Assembly: GCA_004764695.1 (NCBI GenBank)
Contig: SMSO01000031.1
Location: forward strand, 6,120,761-6,184,760
Source: Schizochytrium sp. TIO01
Lineage: Eukaryota; Protista; Bigyra: Labyrinthulomycetes
DNA length: 64,000 nucleotides
Reading direction: 5' to 3'
In this document: positions 35,251 through 47,400 of the stretch, one piece after another
Numbering within the stretch: the stretch's first letter is position 1
Layout of the letters: every line of letters starts with the position of its first letter
The notes under the pieces: model-generated
Databases searched by the model: none
The model's input: the letters and a program-made list of their open reading frames with translations, nothing else
Told to the model about the DNA's origin: nothing
Position numbers and translations under genes: made by a program

Positions 35251-36497
35251 TTAAATAAATTCATTTTGATAAGAAACAAAATACCATAACAACTCCTCGA
35301 AGCAGTCATCCTTAAACAATGAATCAAAGTCTGAGCCCAATTCACGTATGGTTTTCTCAGCATGATTCACTAAACAAAGAGAAAGAATACTAAGTGGTTT
35401 TCTTACGAGGTTCATAAAATAATCAATCACTCCCTTATGCCGGTTAAACCTAATGGTAAAAATATACATGGAGATCGCGATGATAGCTGTGCATAACAAC
35501 CACAACGACGAAATTAATTTTTCATTCTTTGTATAACATACAAAAGCACCAAGATGCGAAGCGATAGAAATCATCCAGAGTAAACAATAACAAGGAGAGG
35601 GAGGAATTAATGTATATATAAAGTACAGAAACTTATGTAACAGTTAATATAAATAAAAATGAAGAGATAATGAACAACCTATATCCTCATTGTTTGAAGA
35701 CATAGATGAAATGTGACAACCAATTAAAGGCATGTCAACATGAGAATCAGTATAAAATCTCCATCGTCTGTAATGAGCAAAACAATCATGAGTTAGTACA
35801 TCCTGCTTGCATATGCTGAGACACATTTTTGCATCAGGTTGAAGAAAAAGGACTCCCGTACACAAAACCACCCCAAAATCCATTGTTCATCCGCCACCTG
35901 GCTGCAGACTGACAAAAACAAATAAAGTGACATCATTTGTAGATGCTCTTTACTACTAAAAGTGCAATGTCTTGGACACGGCTTGATTGACTCAGGGTTT
36001 CCGTTATTCTCATCAAACACTGTCAGCCGAACGAGACCCCAAAAATGGGATACAGACATCATCGTCAGCACAATCACCGCCAAAGACAACTGATAGTAAT
36101 AAAACGCTTTTCTACAAATAAACTCCCACCCTTTGTTCCAGTCATTGCGTGGTATTCTCAGAAGGTTGAATGGATTGAGCAGTCAATTCTTTTCACGGAC
36201 CTAAGCCCTCAATTGACGCGCATGAAATAAAAATTCCTCAGTGAACCCAGTTGACTGTAAGTCTTCAAACCCGATTGACGGGTTATCACCCACCCACCCC
36301 ATAACCAACCATACTATCCTTTCAGGCCAGGCGTCGTCAGCTAATGAATCGTCAGATTGCAAATTCAGACCCTTAGGAAAGCTTGTTGATCTCATTCGCC
36401 TCGCCACATACAAAATTATCTTGAGATCATATATAATACATAACCCTTTCATGTGTGTAAATGGAATGTCAGTATCTGCCCGTGCGGAACTCGACAC
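35251..36497 (-). pseudogene. Decayed multi-pass membrane protein gene
   Basis: ORFs 36201-36497 and 35793-36089 are in the same frame, separated by a TAG and a TGA, and read through as protein-like text (..LLNPFNLLRIPRNDWNKGWEFICRKAFYYYQLSLAVIVLTMM..). Further hydrophobic segments follow after more stops and a frame change (35251-35574). Confidence 0.5.
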
Positions 36498-38783
36498 CTA
36501 AAAAGCTTCGAGACCAAAAGTTCAGATACTCTGCTTCGCGCTCGAGACGCTAGGGGACGCCAGGCTTGTTCAGGGCCTATAGCTAATCCCCAACACTAAT
36601 GTCTCTCCCTGGAACGGGCATACCAAGATTAATACCTGATAGACCAACTTTAGAGAGAATTTCTACACAACATGCCTTTCTATCTTCTGCCCCTCAACAT
36701 AAGATAATATTTTGAATTTATCCCCGCTTTCCCAGTTTGAAACCACCGCGGAATTCACCACAAGGCAACAATCAGAATACGAGGAGAAAATCTTGCTGGA
36801 TTGCAAAGTGGAATCACTCCGTGCGCCGAAGCGCTCATGGCCACGATCGTTTAAATTTCCAGCGTACCACCCTTTTCTTAGAATGTAATGTGTACATGTA
36901 TATGATCTCATTCCACACCTAACCCCCCTACACCATTGTCCAACACATTTGAATGTCGCGGGGGTGCCAACTCTAGAACACAGTTCACTGATAAAAGCAG
37001 CGGCTGCAAATTAATGAGAAAGCTTTCCTGCATACTGATGTTGCATTACTTTTGACCAGTGCGGGACCACCTGACGACGACCCGCCGGAGATACAGAATG
37101 CGTGGCAGAGTCTGCTACAATATCTTCACTCCAACATGTCGAACAATATATTACTCCCTTTCCTCTCACCCTAACTCATCTTCACGACATAACAAGTCTT
37201 GACATCCAATTACTAAAGTGGAGGTCGTTTGTGAAATCCTGAGAGTCACTCTTCTCCAGTTTGAACACTGACCAAGGCAGGGTGACTGCAAACTACTACA
37301 GAAATCCTTTGTTGATCGTTGTTCACAGTCTGGAGATCTATTGCTAGCATCAGATAAAAGTTTGGCTTGGTCTATATCCTCACCACGGAAGCTTAGCCTC
37401 GTATGACTGGGGCGGCAAGACACTCGTCATTTGCAATAGCAGCACTGGACTCAGAATAACACGCAAGACACTTGCAACTAGAGTACTCCGACATGGATGC
37501 ATGGGTGGTAGCTGGCAAGTTGCCTTCACAAGCTAACTCCATGGAACTCGATGTGTACGCTTTCCGCTTCGATTTCCGAGGTCCTCTTTATCTTCTTCGC
37601 TGATGCATGCTTCAATAGCACGCTTGCACTTACGTTTTCTACGCCATCGCAGAGGCGCAGGGACCCATCGCGAGCTCGAGCTCGTTAGGGATCTGCTGGA
37701 TTCTTGCAAATTATGCTTTCGCTTTTCTCTCGCAGTTTTGATGGCCACGAGAGGGGGGGCACACTGTACGTATATAACTTACCAGTATCTGATAGATCCT
37801 TCTATTCAGCCTCTTTATGCCTATATAGCCTCTACAGGGAAAAATCTGAGGAGCCGAGCATGGAAAATCAGAATGAGTGGAGGCTGTGGAGTTTAGGTTA
37901 GATGGCCAGTAGTAGTATGTGGGGGTAGTTAAGGCCATAGGCTCTAGGCAGCCACAAAAGCACAGCAGTAAGGCACATCTTTGGGAAAGACTACAAGTTT
38001 GTATTGTGTGCAAGTAGAATTTGTAGTATAATTACTAGAGAATGCATGCAAGTGATACATGGTCTAGTGGGTAGTAAATTAAACATACCTAGTTGTAGTA
38101 TTGGAGAGGATAACTGAGGAGTGCTGGGGATCTAAGATTGATGGACGATGGCGAGCTCTGGGTTGATGTGCTTGGCTTGCTTCCTTGAGTGGATGGATGG
38201 ATATGTGACAGCCTAACTACCGTTGTTGGAAAATTTCTGCAAACTTGGGCTATCTATCTCCGGTTCTAGATAACGTGGTCACATGAATGAAGGTTTTCTG
38301 TGCATGATAGCAAGTACCTACCCCGGGTTATGGTCTTGAGCAGATGATAGGACTCTCGAACAACTTGAGGATTAATAAGTCTGGCGTATTTCGATACAAG
38401 AGGCATTTTGACCATGTTACAGACACTAGAGACTATACCAGAGCAGTATAATTATTGTTGCCTTGCATAATAAAATTCCGCCACTATTGGAATACTGTCA
38501 CTTATAAGGTGACTTGAATGAAAGTAGTATCGCTCATGGGATCTCTTATTGACTAGCAACAAGTGGTTATTGAATTTTACAACTCATTATTATTACATGC
38601 TTCTAAGTTAACATTCTTCTGGAGACTGGGAATTTGGTCATATGCCTTGGTTCTCATGTAAAATTTGCCATCCTTTAGCTAGAGACAAAGCTGTAGCTAC
38701 GAGCAGAATGACCAGAATCAAACATAAAAGTTTCTAGACATGGTACACAGAGAGTGAAACAAGAGTCCTTGAGCTCCTTTTTA

Positions 38784-40565
38784 CTAATCGGCATCGTTAA
38801 GCATGGTGAACTTGATTGAATTATTTGCAAACAGTTGGTAAATGTAAAGGTTGATTGCATGTTGCGCATCTTTAAATATTTTGGAGTCATTTCCCTGGAC
38901 CTCAAAGACATATTCAAAGCGCGCACCATGGGGACCTAGTTCCATTAAATGTGCATATACAAAGTCAGCATCACCAACATCTGTGAAGGCTGTTTCAATG
39001 AGTCCTGAAACTTTCGCAAGCCGCTGCGGGGGCACATCATAGTGTACAAGAATATGATTCTTGACACGCCGACGGCGCATCTTTGTGCGATTGAAGATTT
39101 TACCTGTAATGAGCTCCGAGTTAGGAATCACCATAGTCTCACCATTATATGTTGTCACGAAGTGGGTGCTACGAAAACCAATGCGGCGAACAATCGCCTC
39201 TGTATCATTATAAACTACGCGATCTCCTAAGCCGAAAGGGTGGTCAGCTAACAACGATGCAGTGGCAATCATGTCTCGTAGAGCCGCTTGTGCCGCGAAA
39301 GCGGCAGCGATGGAACTGATTCCAAGACCCGCAACATAAGAGGACATGTCAAAACCCAAAGCAGCAAGCATACTTGCTGCCGTCACAAGCCAAAGACACA
39401 TCTGAACTGCGCTTGTGAGAACACGCCAGGAGTCCTTGAGGATACTCTGCGATCCAGACCTCATAATGAGGTCTTCCATAATTACAGCTGCTGCAGCAGA
39501 TAAAGGAACGAAAATGCGAAGGACCATAGAAGCCTTGAACAATTTAAGAACCGTATCACGCATGGAATCTGTGAGTTCCATTGTCCCAAGTGTAGTCAAT
39601 GACATGAGCGCCACCCACGTGCACCATGATATAAGGCGTTCAGTGAGCGGTGTATTTGTTCTTGTGATCCCACGGTGAAATGAGAGCAGACCGACGCCGT
39701 GTTCTACGGTCATCGAAACGAATCTTCGTAAAGGTGGCGAGTTCGAATCATCTATGGACCGATGATCGCCAGCCTCAGCATCTGAAGCGGAGGCATGGGC
39801 AAATGTGGCTGCTCTAACAGCCTGTGCAAAAGACATCCGTTGCACCTCGACGCTAGGAAAAAATACCAACAGCACTTTGACGAGGAACATGTCCACAAGA
39901 AGCAGTTGCTTAGATCGCATGTTTTCGTCGTTAGCATGATGTGCATCATCGGCTGCGAATTGTGTATCTTCGCCATCGTTGCTGCCAAGGGAGCTCATTT
40001 GCGTTGCACGACGCTCGTTAATACTGCGTTCTGTTGATCTTGCATAATTGTGGATTTTATTCTCAATCGATGACACTGCAAACACCAGCAGTGCAGCGGC
40101 GAAGATCCAACGAACGTAGTTGATGACGCGGTTTCCGACAGGCCCTATGTGCGTGTGTAGCATAGGTGCTTGCTTGCCTTGCAACCAAAGCTCATCGCCC
40201 GTTGCCAGATATCTTGCCTCTGGGAAAACCAAAAGAACTGTCGAAACCACTGCGAATGCCGCCACAGCTTTCCATGGTGCCGCGCCAGTAGCCATATCTG
40301 CGGAGTCTCTGCTGTTATGACTAAGGAAGCTGCTTTTGCCTCGATTTCTGTTTCCGTGGCTCGCTGCACCAAGCCTTTGGGAATGATTATTTGCACTAGC
40401 TTGAGCACCACTCGTATATATCGCAGGTCCTCTATCCGCTTTCACGATTCCTCGAAAGATCGCACTTGACGCTTCAATGTCGCCTTTGTTGTGATCGTCC
40501 TTGTAGTTGTCGTTCTTTGCATCAAAGTTCTGGTTCTGTGTCACTCTGGCCCTCGACCTGTTCAT
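38784..40565 (-). CDS. mscS: Small-conductance mechanosensitive channel (MscS family), 593 aa
   Basis: TM3 signature GLGISSIAAAFAAQAALRDMIA, followed by HPFGLGDRV, VRRIGFRST, IPNSEL and a C-terminal alpha/beta domain, with extra N-terminal TM helices. Confidence 0.92.
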   Translation of the reverse strand: MNRSRARVTQNQNFDAKNDNYKDDHNKGDIEASSAIFRGIVKADRGPAIYTSGAQASANNHSQRLGAASHGNRNRGKSSFLSHNSRDSADMATGAAPWKAVAAFAVVSTVLLVFPEARYLATGDELWLQGKQAPMLHTHIGPVGNRVINYVRWIFAAALLVFAVSSIENKIHNYARSTERSINERRATQMSSLGSNDGEDTQFAADDAHHANDENMRSKQLLLVDMFLVKVLLVFFPSVEVQRMSFAQAVRAATFAHASASDAEAGDHRSIDDSNSPPLRRFVSMTVEHGVGLLSFHRGITRTNTPLTERLISWCTWVALMSLTTLGTMELTDSMRDTVLKLFKASMVLRIFVPLSAAAAVIMEDLIMRSGSQSILKDSWRVLTSAVQMCLWLVTAASMLAALGFDMSSYVAGLGISSIAAAFAAQAALRDMIATASLLADHPFGLGDRVVYNDTEAIVRRIGFRSTHFVTTYNGETMVIPNSELITGKIFNRTKMRRRRVKNHILVHYDVPPQRLAKVSGLIETAFTDVGDADFVYAHLMELGPHGARFEYVFEVQGNDSKIFKDAQHAINLYIYQLFANNSIKFTMLNDAD

Positions 40566-41887
40566 GTCCAGCCTCCCTCCGTGACTCGAGACTTCCCAGG
40601 TGACCTAAGACCTCTCTTCAGCCCTGGATCTGGGAGATCCCCTGCAGCGAGGGACCTTATTGCGTCGCTGACGCTGTCCACGTGTTGTCTCTGCGCTCCC
40701 ACTCTGCTCCGCGTCTGCCTGAGCTTCCTCAGCAATGTAAGCGCCAATGTGTGTGACCTTCTGCCCAAAACGTCACACCGCCATCGCCGTGACTTTCTGT
40801 GCATTTTGTCACGGCCCGAGGTGCTGGTGGAAGTGAGTTATACGCCCATTTACAATAGGCTAAAGCGCCTCATCTCAATAGGTTATTCAAAGATACTTCA
40901 CTTCCGCGCGGTTCCGGAAGTGCAATGTTCACTCGCGCGGGGCGTTTAGGCAGGCATAGCCGACTCCTACGCCAGTTCCGCTTGCCTTGCGCAAGAGCAC
41001 GAACTGAGATGTATGTATGTAACGAAGAAGAAGGAAGAGCTCAGGCTCAAGAGAAGGCGTCGAAGAGCCTCCAAGCTGTGGAGAAGAGGCGTGAGCGAGA
41101 GCCGTGAAGACCTCGCACTGTGCGTCCTCAGCGTCCACTCTGCAGCCTCTTCTCCAGAAGCCATGGGTCTTTCTTTGCTGCGTCGGAGAAAAGGGCAGAA
41201 TTTTTAATAAGTAAGTAAGTAAATAAATAAGTTTGTTTAAGAATTCTTTGTTTCTTTTAACTTTTCGACTGTTTCCACTTTGTTTAGGAATTGTCAAACT
41301 CCAAATACTTCGACGTCGCGGGGAAGGCGTCCGCTCACATCGCAGCGGGACGCAGCGGGAGGCAGCGGGAGCGGTGGCAACAGCTGCTTTCCGAAGCCAC
41401 GAGGCAGCGCAGCATCGGCAACGCGGGCCCAGAGAGATCTTCTCGTATGCAAAGAGAATAAATATCATCCTGGTTTCTTCGATTGAAATCACCTCTTTCT
41501 CAATCTGCATTCCTAACAAGCGGCTAACGACTCTTAGGCGAAGGCAGCCACCTCGAGGCCCAGCTTTCTTCTCTCCGTCACGGTATCTTTCTTGGCCAAA
41601 GCTCGAGGTTGTGCTTTCGCTGGCGTCCGGCAGAACGTCTTTCTGGTTGCGGGCCGAGGCGCGAGAGTCGGCGGAGTCGCAGCGGTCGAAGTCTTCGAAG
41701 TCGTCGATTGATTGCTGGAAAGTGAAGAGTGAATAAAATTCGCCAAATTCTTCGACATCTGAAACCTTAGTCAAAGCCTGAAAACCCGAAGCGAAGAGCC
41801 CGAGCGCAAGGACCTATCTGTACAGGTGTCGCTGAGGGACGGGACGTCTTCGCGAGGCAGACCCCGTTCACGCAGGCGTGCAGGAAG

Positions 41888-42694
41888 ATGATGAGCCATC
41901 GTATCCAGGCGCAGGCGGCGGCGGAGGAGATCTTGAGCGAAAGTGACCGCCATGCGCTTTACGAGATGCGCCGCAACATCTACATGGGCGGAGCCCAGGG
42001 CGGCGCCGCGGGCTTTCTCGCGGGAGGCATTGGCTACCGCCTGGCCCAGAACTTCGAGAGTGTCCGCCGCATGCGGCTTGACAAGCGTCACGCTTTCGCC
42101 ACGCCTCTGCTCACACTCGCCATGGGCGCCATGCTGGGATCCATGGTAGCGTCCAGAAATAACGCGCACACGCTCCACTATATTGTCCACAAGTACTCCT
42201 CACCGGAGCTTACTCCGTACCAAGAGCGTGCAGCCGTCTTTAAAGAGCTCGGCAGCCGCATGGACCCTCACTACGACGACGTCCAAGCTCATGACCACGA
42301 GGCCCATCTTGATGATCCTCTTGTAAAGCTTTTTAATGCCGACGACCCCGCTCAAAATCACAGCAACATGAACAGCGCTGTCAGTAGCGAGACTGTGAAC
42401 AATGGCGTCAACGTTGGCGTTGCCAGCGAAGATCTTGGCACCGCTGCAGCCCCAGCGAAGGCCAAGGTTGACGCTTTTGTGGCTGCTTGGGACCACAATC
42501 AGTACTATCCTCAGAATCATGCAGCAGCAGCGACTCCGGCACCTGTGGATCACACCGTTGTGGACCCTGCTGGCTGGCCTCAGGAGCCACACCCACAAAC
42601 CTCTCTTGATACCTGGCAACATCGCCAGGAGGTCCAGCAGCACCGACTTCAGGATTCAGTCCCTGCTGCAGGTGTGACTGTTGCAAGGTGGTAA
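41888..42694 (+). CDS. Small protein with two Gly/Ala-rich TM helices and disordered C-terminus (268 aa); topology reminiscent of HIG1/Rcf3/OCIA-type mitochondrial membrane proteins
   Basis: AAG-ATG start and GC-rich coding-like codon usage. Hydrophobic segments are GGAQGGAAGFLAGGIGY and FATPLLTLAMGAMLGSMVA. The family is only a guess. Confidence 0.75.
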   Translation: MMSHRIQAQAAAEEILSESDRHALYEMRRNIYMGGAQGGAAGFLAGGIGYRLAQNFESVRRMRLDKRHAFATPLLTLAMGAMLGSMVASRNNAHTLHYIVHKYSSPELTPYQERAAVFKELGSRMDPHYDDVQAHDHEAHLDDPLVKLFNADDPAQNHSNMNSAVSSETVNNGVNVGVASEDLGTAAAPAKAKVDAFVAAWDHNQYYPQNHAAAATPAPVDHTVVDPAGWPQEPHPQTSLDTWQHRQEVQQHRLQDSVPAAGVTVARW

Positions 42695-44627
42695 ATCTGG
42701 CGGATGCCAAAGAATGTTACTCTAGAAATCACGACCTGCGCGATATTTACATACTCTTGCACAAACACTGTCGACAGGCCAACGTCAGCGACGGAGACGC
42801 CGAAGACGGCCAGCTCTGGCGACATCTACAACAGCATCTTGCGCCTGCATACATACAACACTACTAAGATTTGAACCTTCGGCGTTTATGAATGCTATCT
42901 CGTACTACCTGCAAACGGAGTGCCAATACAGCTACCATTATAGCCACATTGTCATCTAAACTATACCTGCCTGTACCGACTAAACCCCATCACCGAATAT
43001 CTCTCGTACCCTACAATCATAAGTCGTGACCTGGTACCTTGTCACGATATTGTGAGACTTCGCCATCATGGTAATAATGAGTGCGGCCTCCTGGCCTAGA
43101 CCAAGCAGGTTCACAGCGCACTTTTCAATGCTGCAAACCCTGCTTGCTCGCCGGCCGACTACTTCATAGTGTTCATAACTACTTCTATCTAGATCTAATC
43201 CTACTACAATGAAGACTCGTTTTCGCTATCGTTTAAAACGATTTGACCCATGCACTACGCCATACTATTCTATGTTGGCAAGTCAGACTAACATCGATAA
43301 AGCCTTGAGAGCATATCATAACTCTGCTACTAACATTGCCTCACTTTACTTGGCCAATTAATGGTTTTCACGTATGGCATCATGAGGCTCTGCTGGTGCG
43401 CCTCCCTTTAATATAGACAAATAGCGGCATATCAAGATTCAACCTGCTTTGTTTATCATGAAGGCTTCTTATCGAGTAGCCAGTATATCAACCTGCCTTC
43501 TTACACATCATATAATTTTCTCAGACATATCTTTCCCTGCTCAAAACTCTAACTTTTGATTGCCTTGCCTATTCCGATACTTTATGGGTGGCGAGCGTGA
43601 GCTATAGCTGGTGCTGTCTCGCTGCATTTGTTGCGGCGGTGCATGGAGAAGAAACATCTTCCGCATGTCCTATCGCATGAGAAGGCGGTATTTAGGGATA
43701 CGAAGATGGCGTGTGAACTGCTGCTCGCTCGCGCCTGTTGGCGGAAGACCCATGCTGGCTGGGACGCTTTTCGATGGGCACGTGTCTTATATCATCACTA
43801 CTACTATTCGAGCTTCATCTTCAAGCAAGTCAGCTAGCTGTCTGCGTATTCTGTACGTTGCTTGCTGCTGAGTGGCCAAGTGCAAAGCCATACACAAGCT
43901 TATCAAAGGTCGTCTGCAAACGACCTGTGTTATCAAGAAAGAGGCTTGGGCAATATGAATGGGTTGTATGGGTCGTCTATATAATTTGCTTGGCATAGCT
44001 CAGTATACAGTAACAATACTACTGAGTCACCCATTCAATAGCTGCTGTCACATCACCTCAAGGTGATTGCCGGCTATTTATTCATGAGCCCACTCCCAAT
44101 GGGCGCTTAACTCGAGAATTTTACGACATGTACATGCATGCTCATTATGCTTCTACCCATTCTATCTTCTCCGGGTCGTAACAGAGGGTCACCAGTTTGT
44201 GTCACATGAATTACAGGGATGCAGGGTGATAATAATCGTGGGTCTTTGCCTTTCGCGCTCCTCCATTGCGAGCAAGGCCGGACGTGGGTAAACTGTCAGG
44301 GAGACCGCCACTCACTCCCCGTGCTTCTTTCGCATACGCCTTGCCTCGTTGTGCGCCCGGGGCTTCGGGCCCGAGCTCTTCGCAGGCCGCGCGCCCATCA
44401 GTGATATTGATTCGCCATTCCTGAGAGCGCACCGTAGGCTCCTCCCGGCCAGATCAGACAGACCACACAGGACGAACACGCAGAAAGACCAGGTCACCCG
44501 GCGACTGCGTCCACAGCGCATGGTGCCGGGGTCCCTGGCGGCGTCATGTCATCGCGGCCTCCCCTCGCAAAACTGTTCCACGTCGACGGTCGCCATCTTC
44601 GCCGCAAGGAGCGAAGTCATTGCAGAG

Positions 44628-44680
<53 letters not shown>

Positions 44681-44760
44681 CTCATAATAATACGCATCTT
44701 CAGAGAAAGAACTTTTGTTCGTTGATTAATCAATTAATCAATCAATTAATCAATCAATTA
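44628..44760. repeat. (AATC)n microsatellite plus degenerate continuation
   Basis: Directly visible. Confidence 0.9.
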
Positions 44761-47310
44761 ATTATCATTTATTGGTTTTAAAAGTAAAACCAAAGTTAAC
44801 AAACGAATTTAAATTGAGACTCATTTTACTATTTCCATCGTTATATCCTCTCACAAACGATATGATTTGAAATTAGAAAAAGAAAAAGAAAAGAGAAAAA
44901 GAAAAGGGAAAGTCATCTTCTTCTTCTTTGCAAAGAAAAGGGAAAAAGTGTTCACTCCCTCCAAAGAAGTCTGCAGTTTAAAGGCGCTGAAAATCGCTGT
45001 TGCTAGAAATCGCTGTGAAGGCATGCCTGTAATTTACTGCAGGCAGCTGACTGACTGACTGACTGCGTGTCCAAATGGCTGACCAATAAGCTCCAAAGAC
45101 GCCACGGCTGAGCACTTTGGGCCTTCATTCTCACGCTTACCGTCGCGTGCGCTGTTCGCGACTGCTGCAGACGCACCTTTTGAAGAGTTTACGAGCAGTT
45201 TCTAAGAAGGCTTTTCCAAAATTACATTGTTCCCTCTCTCTCTATATAGTTTAAAAAATAAAATGCTTTTTAATAGTAAATAAATATATAAACAGATATA
45301 TATATATGTTGATTCTCATGAAGAAAAGAGGAAAGAAAAGAAAAGAGCTCTTCTTTTCTTATTGCAGAGTTAAGGGCGAATAAATAAACGACGAGGGATC
45401 TATCTGCAAATCAGTCTGTTAGAGTGAGCTTTGAAATACTCAGACGTGCAATTGGAGCTAAAGGAGAACAATCTTTTGGGTGACGGGTCTTTTCTTTCGC
45501 CGCCTCAACAAAGTGGGAGTTTGTTTGATTCATTTAGCAAAAAGTTTAGCAAAAAGAAAAGGAGCCCGGTGGGACTCTTTTTTTCACCTCTTTTCTTTTC
45601 TTTTCTTTTCTTTTCTTTTCTTTTCTTTTCTTTTCTTTCCTTAAGCTCAGCTTTCTCCCTATAAAAATAAATAAATAAATAAATCATAAATTATAATTAA
45701 GTATAAACAAGAATCTATTCGAAGCCTCTTCCATCTCGATCAAACCGCAGATTCCGCGTCAATTGGGCCCAAAGCCAGTCCAGGGACCTATCTGTGCAAA
45801 CAGACGCATCACTCAAAAGACAACTCCGCCATTTCAAGCGCATCCTTCAACGACTGAATCAATACGAATGAAAAGAACTCGAAAGAAGAAGAAAACCTCA
45901 AACCCCCAAAAACAGGGAAAGAAGAAGAAAAAAAAAAAAGCCGCCTACCTGTCTGCATAGGCTAATCCCTAGGTGGGCACGCAATTGAAAAAGAAAAGGA
46001 AGACCAACAAAAAAGAAAATGCGCCAAGCTTTAGGCTAGCAGTGCCTATGCAGCGGATTAGGGTATTTGTACCATATAACAGTACCGGTACGTATGTGAG
46101 ACGCCACGTCCTGAAGTCAACGAGTTTGCTTCAAGTAAGTAGGCGCTAATGCTGCTTAGGAGTGGCGTACAGGTAATGTTGAAGTATGCACACCTAAGCT
46201 TGGATAGAGGACTACAAGGTTCTTTCTGCGGGTCCTGCCGCTTTTTTAGATAAAAATGCGCCGATACGGCGCAGCATTATTGATGTTTGATAGAGGCGGT
46301 TTTGCCACACTGAGACAGCTGCTGAAAAATCTCGCACCTCAGTCGCCAAATTGCCGCGCTTGTCAACGTTATTCACTTCTTTATGACACTTTTGCTCAAG
46401 CTGTGAACACTCTTATTATTCTCATTTCTTTCTCTAAGTTGAGCGAACGGAATCGAAAACTAAACTAATGCAGTTCTTCATGCGCAGAGTACCGATCTCT
46501 GAAGCCCTCTGCATACGCAAAAACCTGCACAGGTACGTACATGCATGCATACACACATGCTCATGCGTGCCTCCGCCAGGCCTCGAGCCTGCGGCGTGAA
46601 TGTCGCAGTAGGTGTTGGTTTGTTTGTCCTGCAAAGGTTTTCTGTAGGGATGTAATTTATGGAATCGCTTCAGAGGTCGACTTTTAAAGTGGGATGCGCT
46701 CTGAGATTTGCAATTTGAAGGTCACCTTTTTCCAAGGATGATTCACATCTTCGATGACTGCCTATCTATCATTTTACAGTTACAGTGATTCACTACGCAT
46801 CAAAAGGAATCAGTTGTTATGGATCTTCTTCGATTCGGTTGACGCTGTTTTTTTTTTTTTTTTTTTTTTTTTATTATAGAATTATTGAATGAATGAATGA
46901 TGAATGAATGAATGAATGAATGGCAAAGATGGAAACTCATCCCTTCGTCTGAATAATAAGAAGAGAAAGAACGCTGTAATGTCGAGCTGCGATCTCGAGA
47001 ACCTGCCGTCAACGGCTGCCGAAGTTCACGATAACTACACCCTTCATTTAAGCGCGAAGATGCCGCTCCCGAACGAGGTGACGTGCAAACGGCTCGAGGG
47101 GTGGGCTGCACCCGCGTAAGGCATTTATTTGGCCAAGGCCACCGTAATTTGCATTTCGTGAGTTTGCCTTAGGATGCATCGCGATCCTTCAAGTTCCTTC
47201 GCTCTCTATTGAAAGGCGTTTACAGAATCTTACGAAGAAGAAGGGAAGTGGCATAATTGAACACTCTTTGCGTTATTGACTCCTGAGAAGATAAATGTGG
47301 GTTCATTGGA

Positions 47311-47400
47311 ATTAAAGATAATTTAAGGGAATTCAAGCGAATTCAAGATAATTCAAGATAATTCAAGATAATTCAAGGGAATTCAAGATATTTCAAGTTC
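47311..47400. repeat. 10-bp minisatellite (ATTCAAGATA consensus), 9 units
   Basis: Units start every 10 nt from 47311 to 47391. Confidence 0.9.

Noticed and set aside
36740-36890. FKFPAYHPFL resembling the Tc1/IS630 'LPPYHPELNPIE' motif
   Set aside because: NPIE and the other DDE motifs are missing, and no TIRs were seen.
40929-41774. 281-aa minus-strand ORF between mscS and the 2-TM gene
   Set aside because: TTG start, crosses an AT-rich TAAG/TAAA simple repeat, and has no coherent protein composition; likely promoter/UTR sequence.
43200-44000. Protein-like fragments with multiple stops on the plus strand
   Set aside because: Possibly a pseudogene, but no family is recognisable and the frame cannot be reconstructed by eye.
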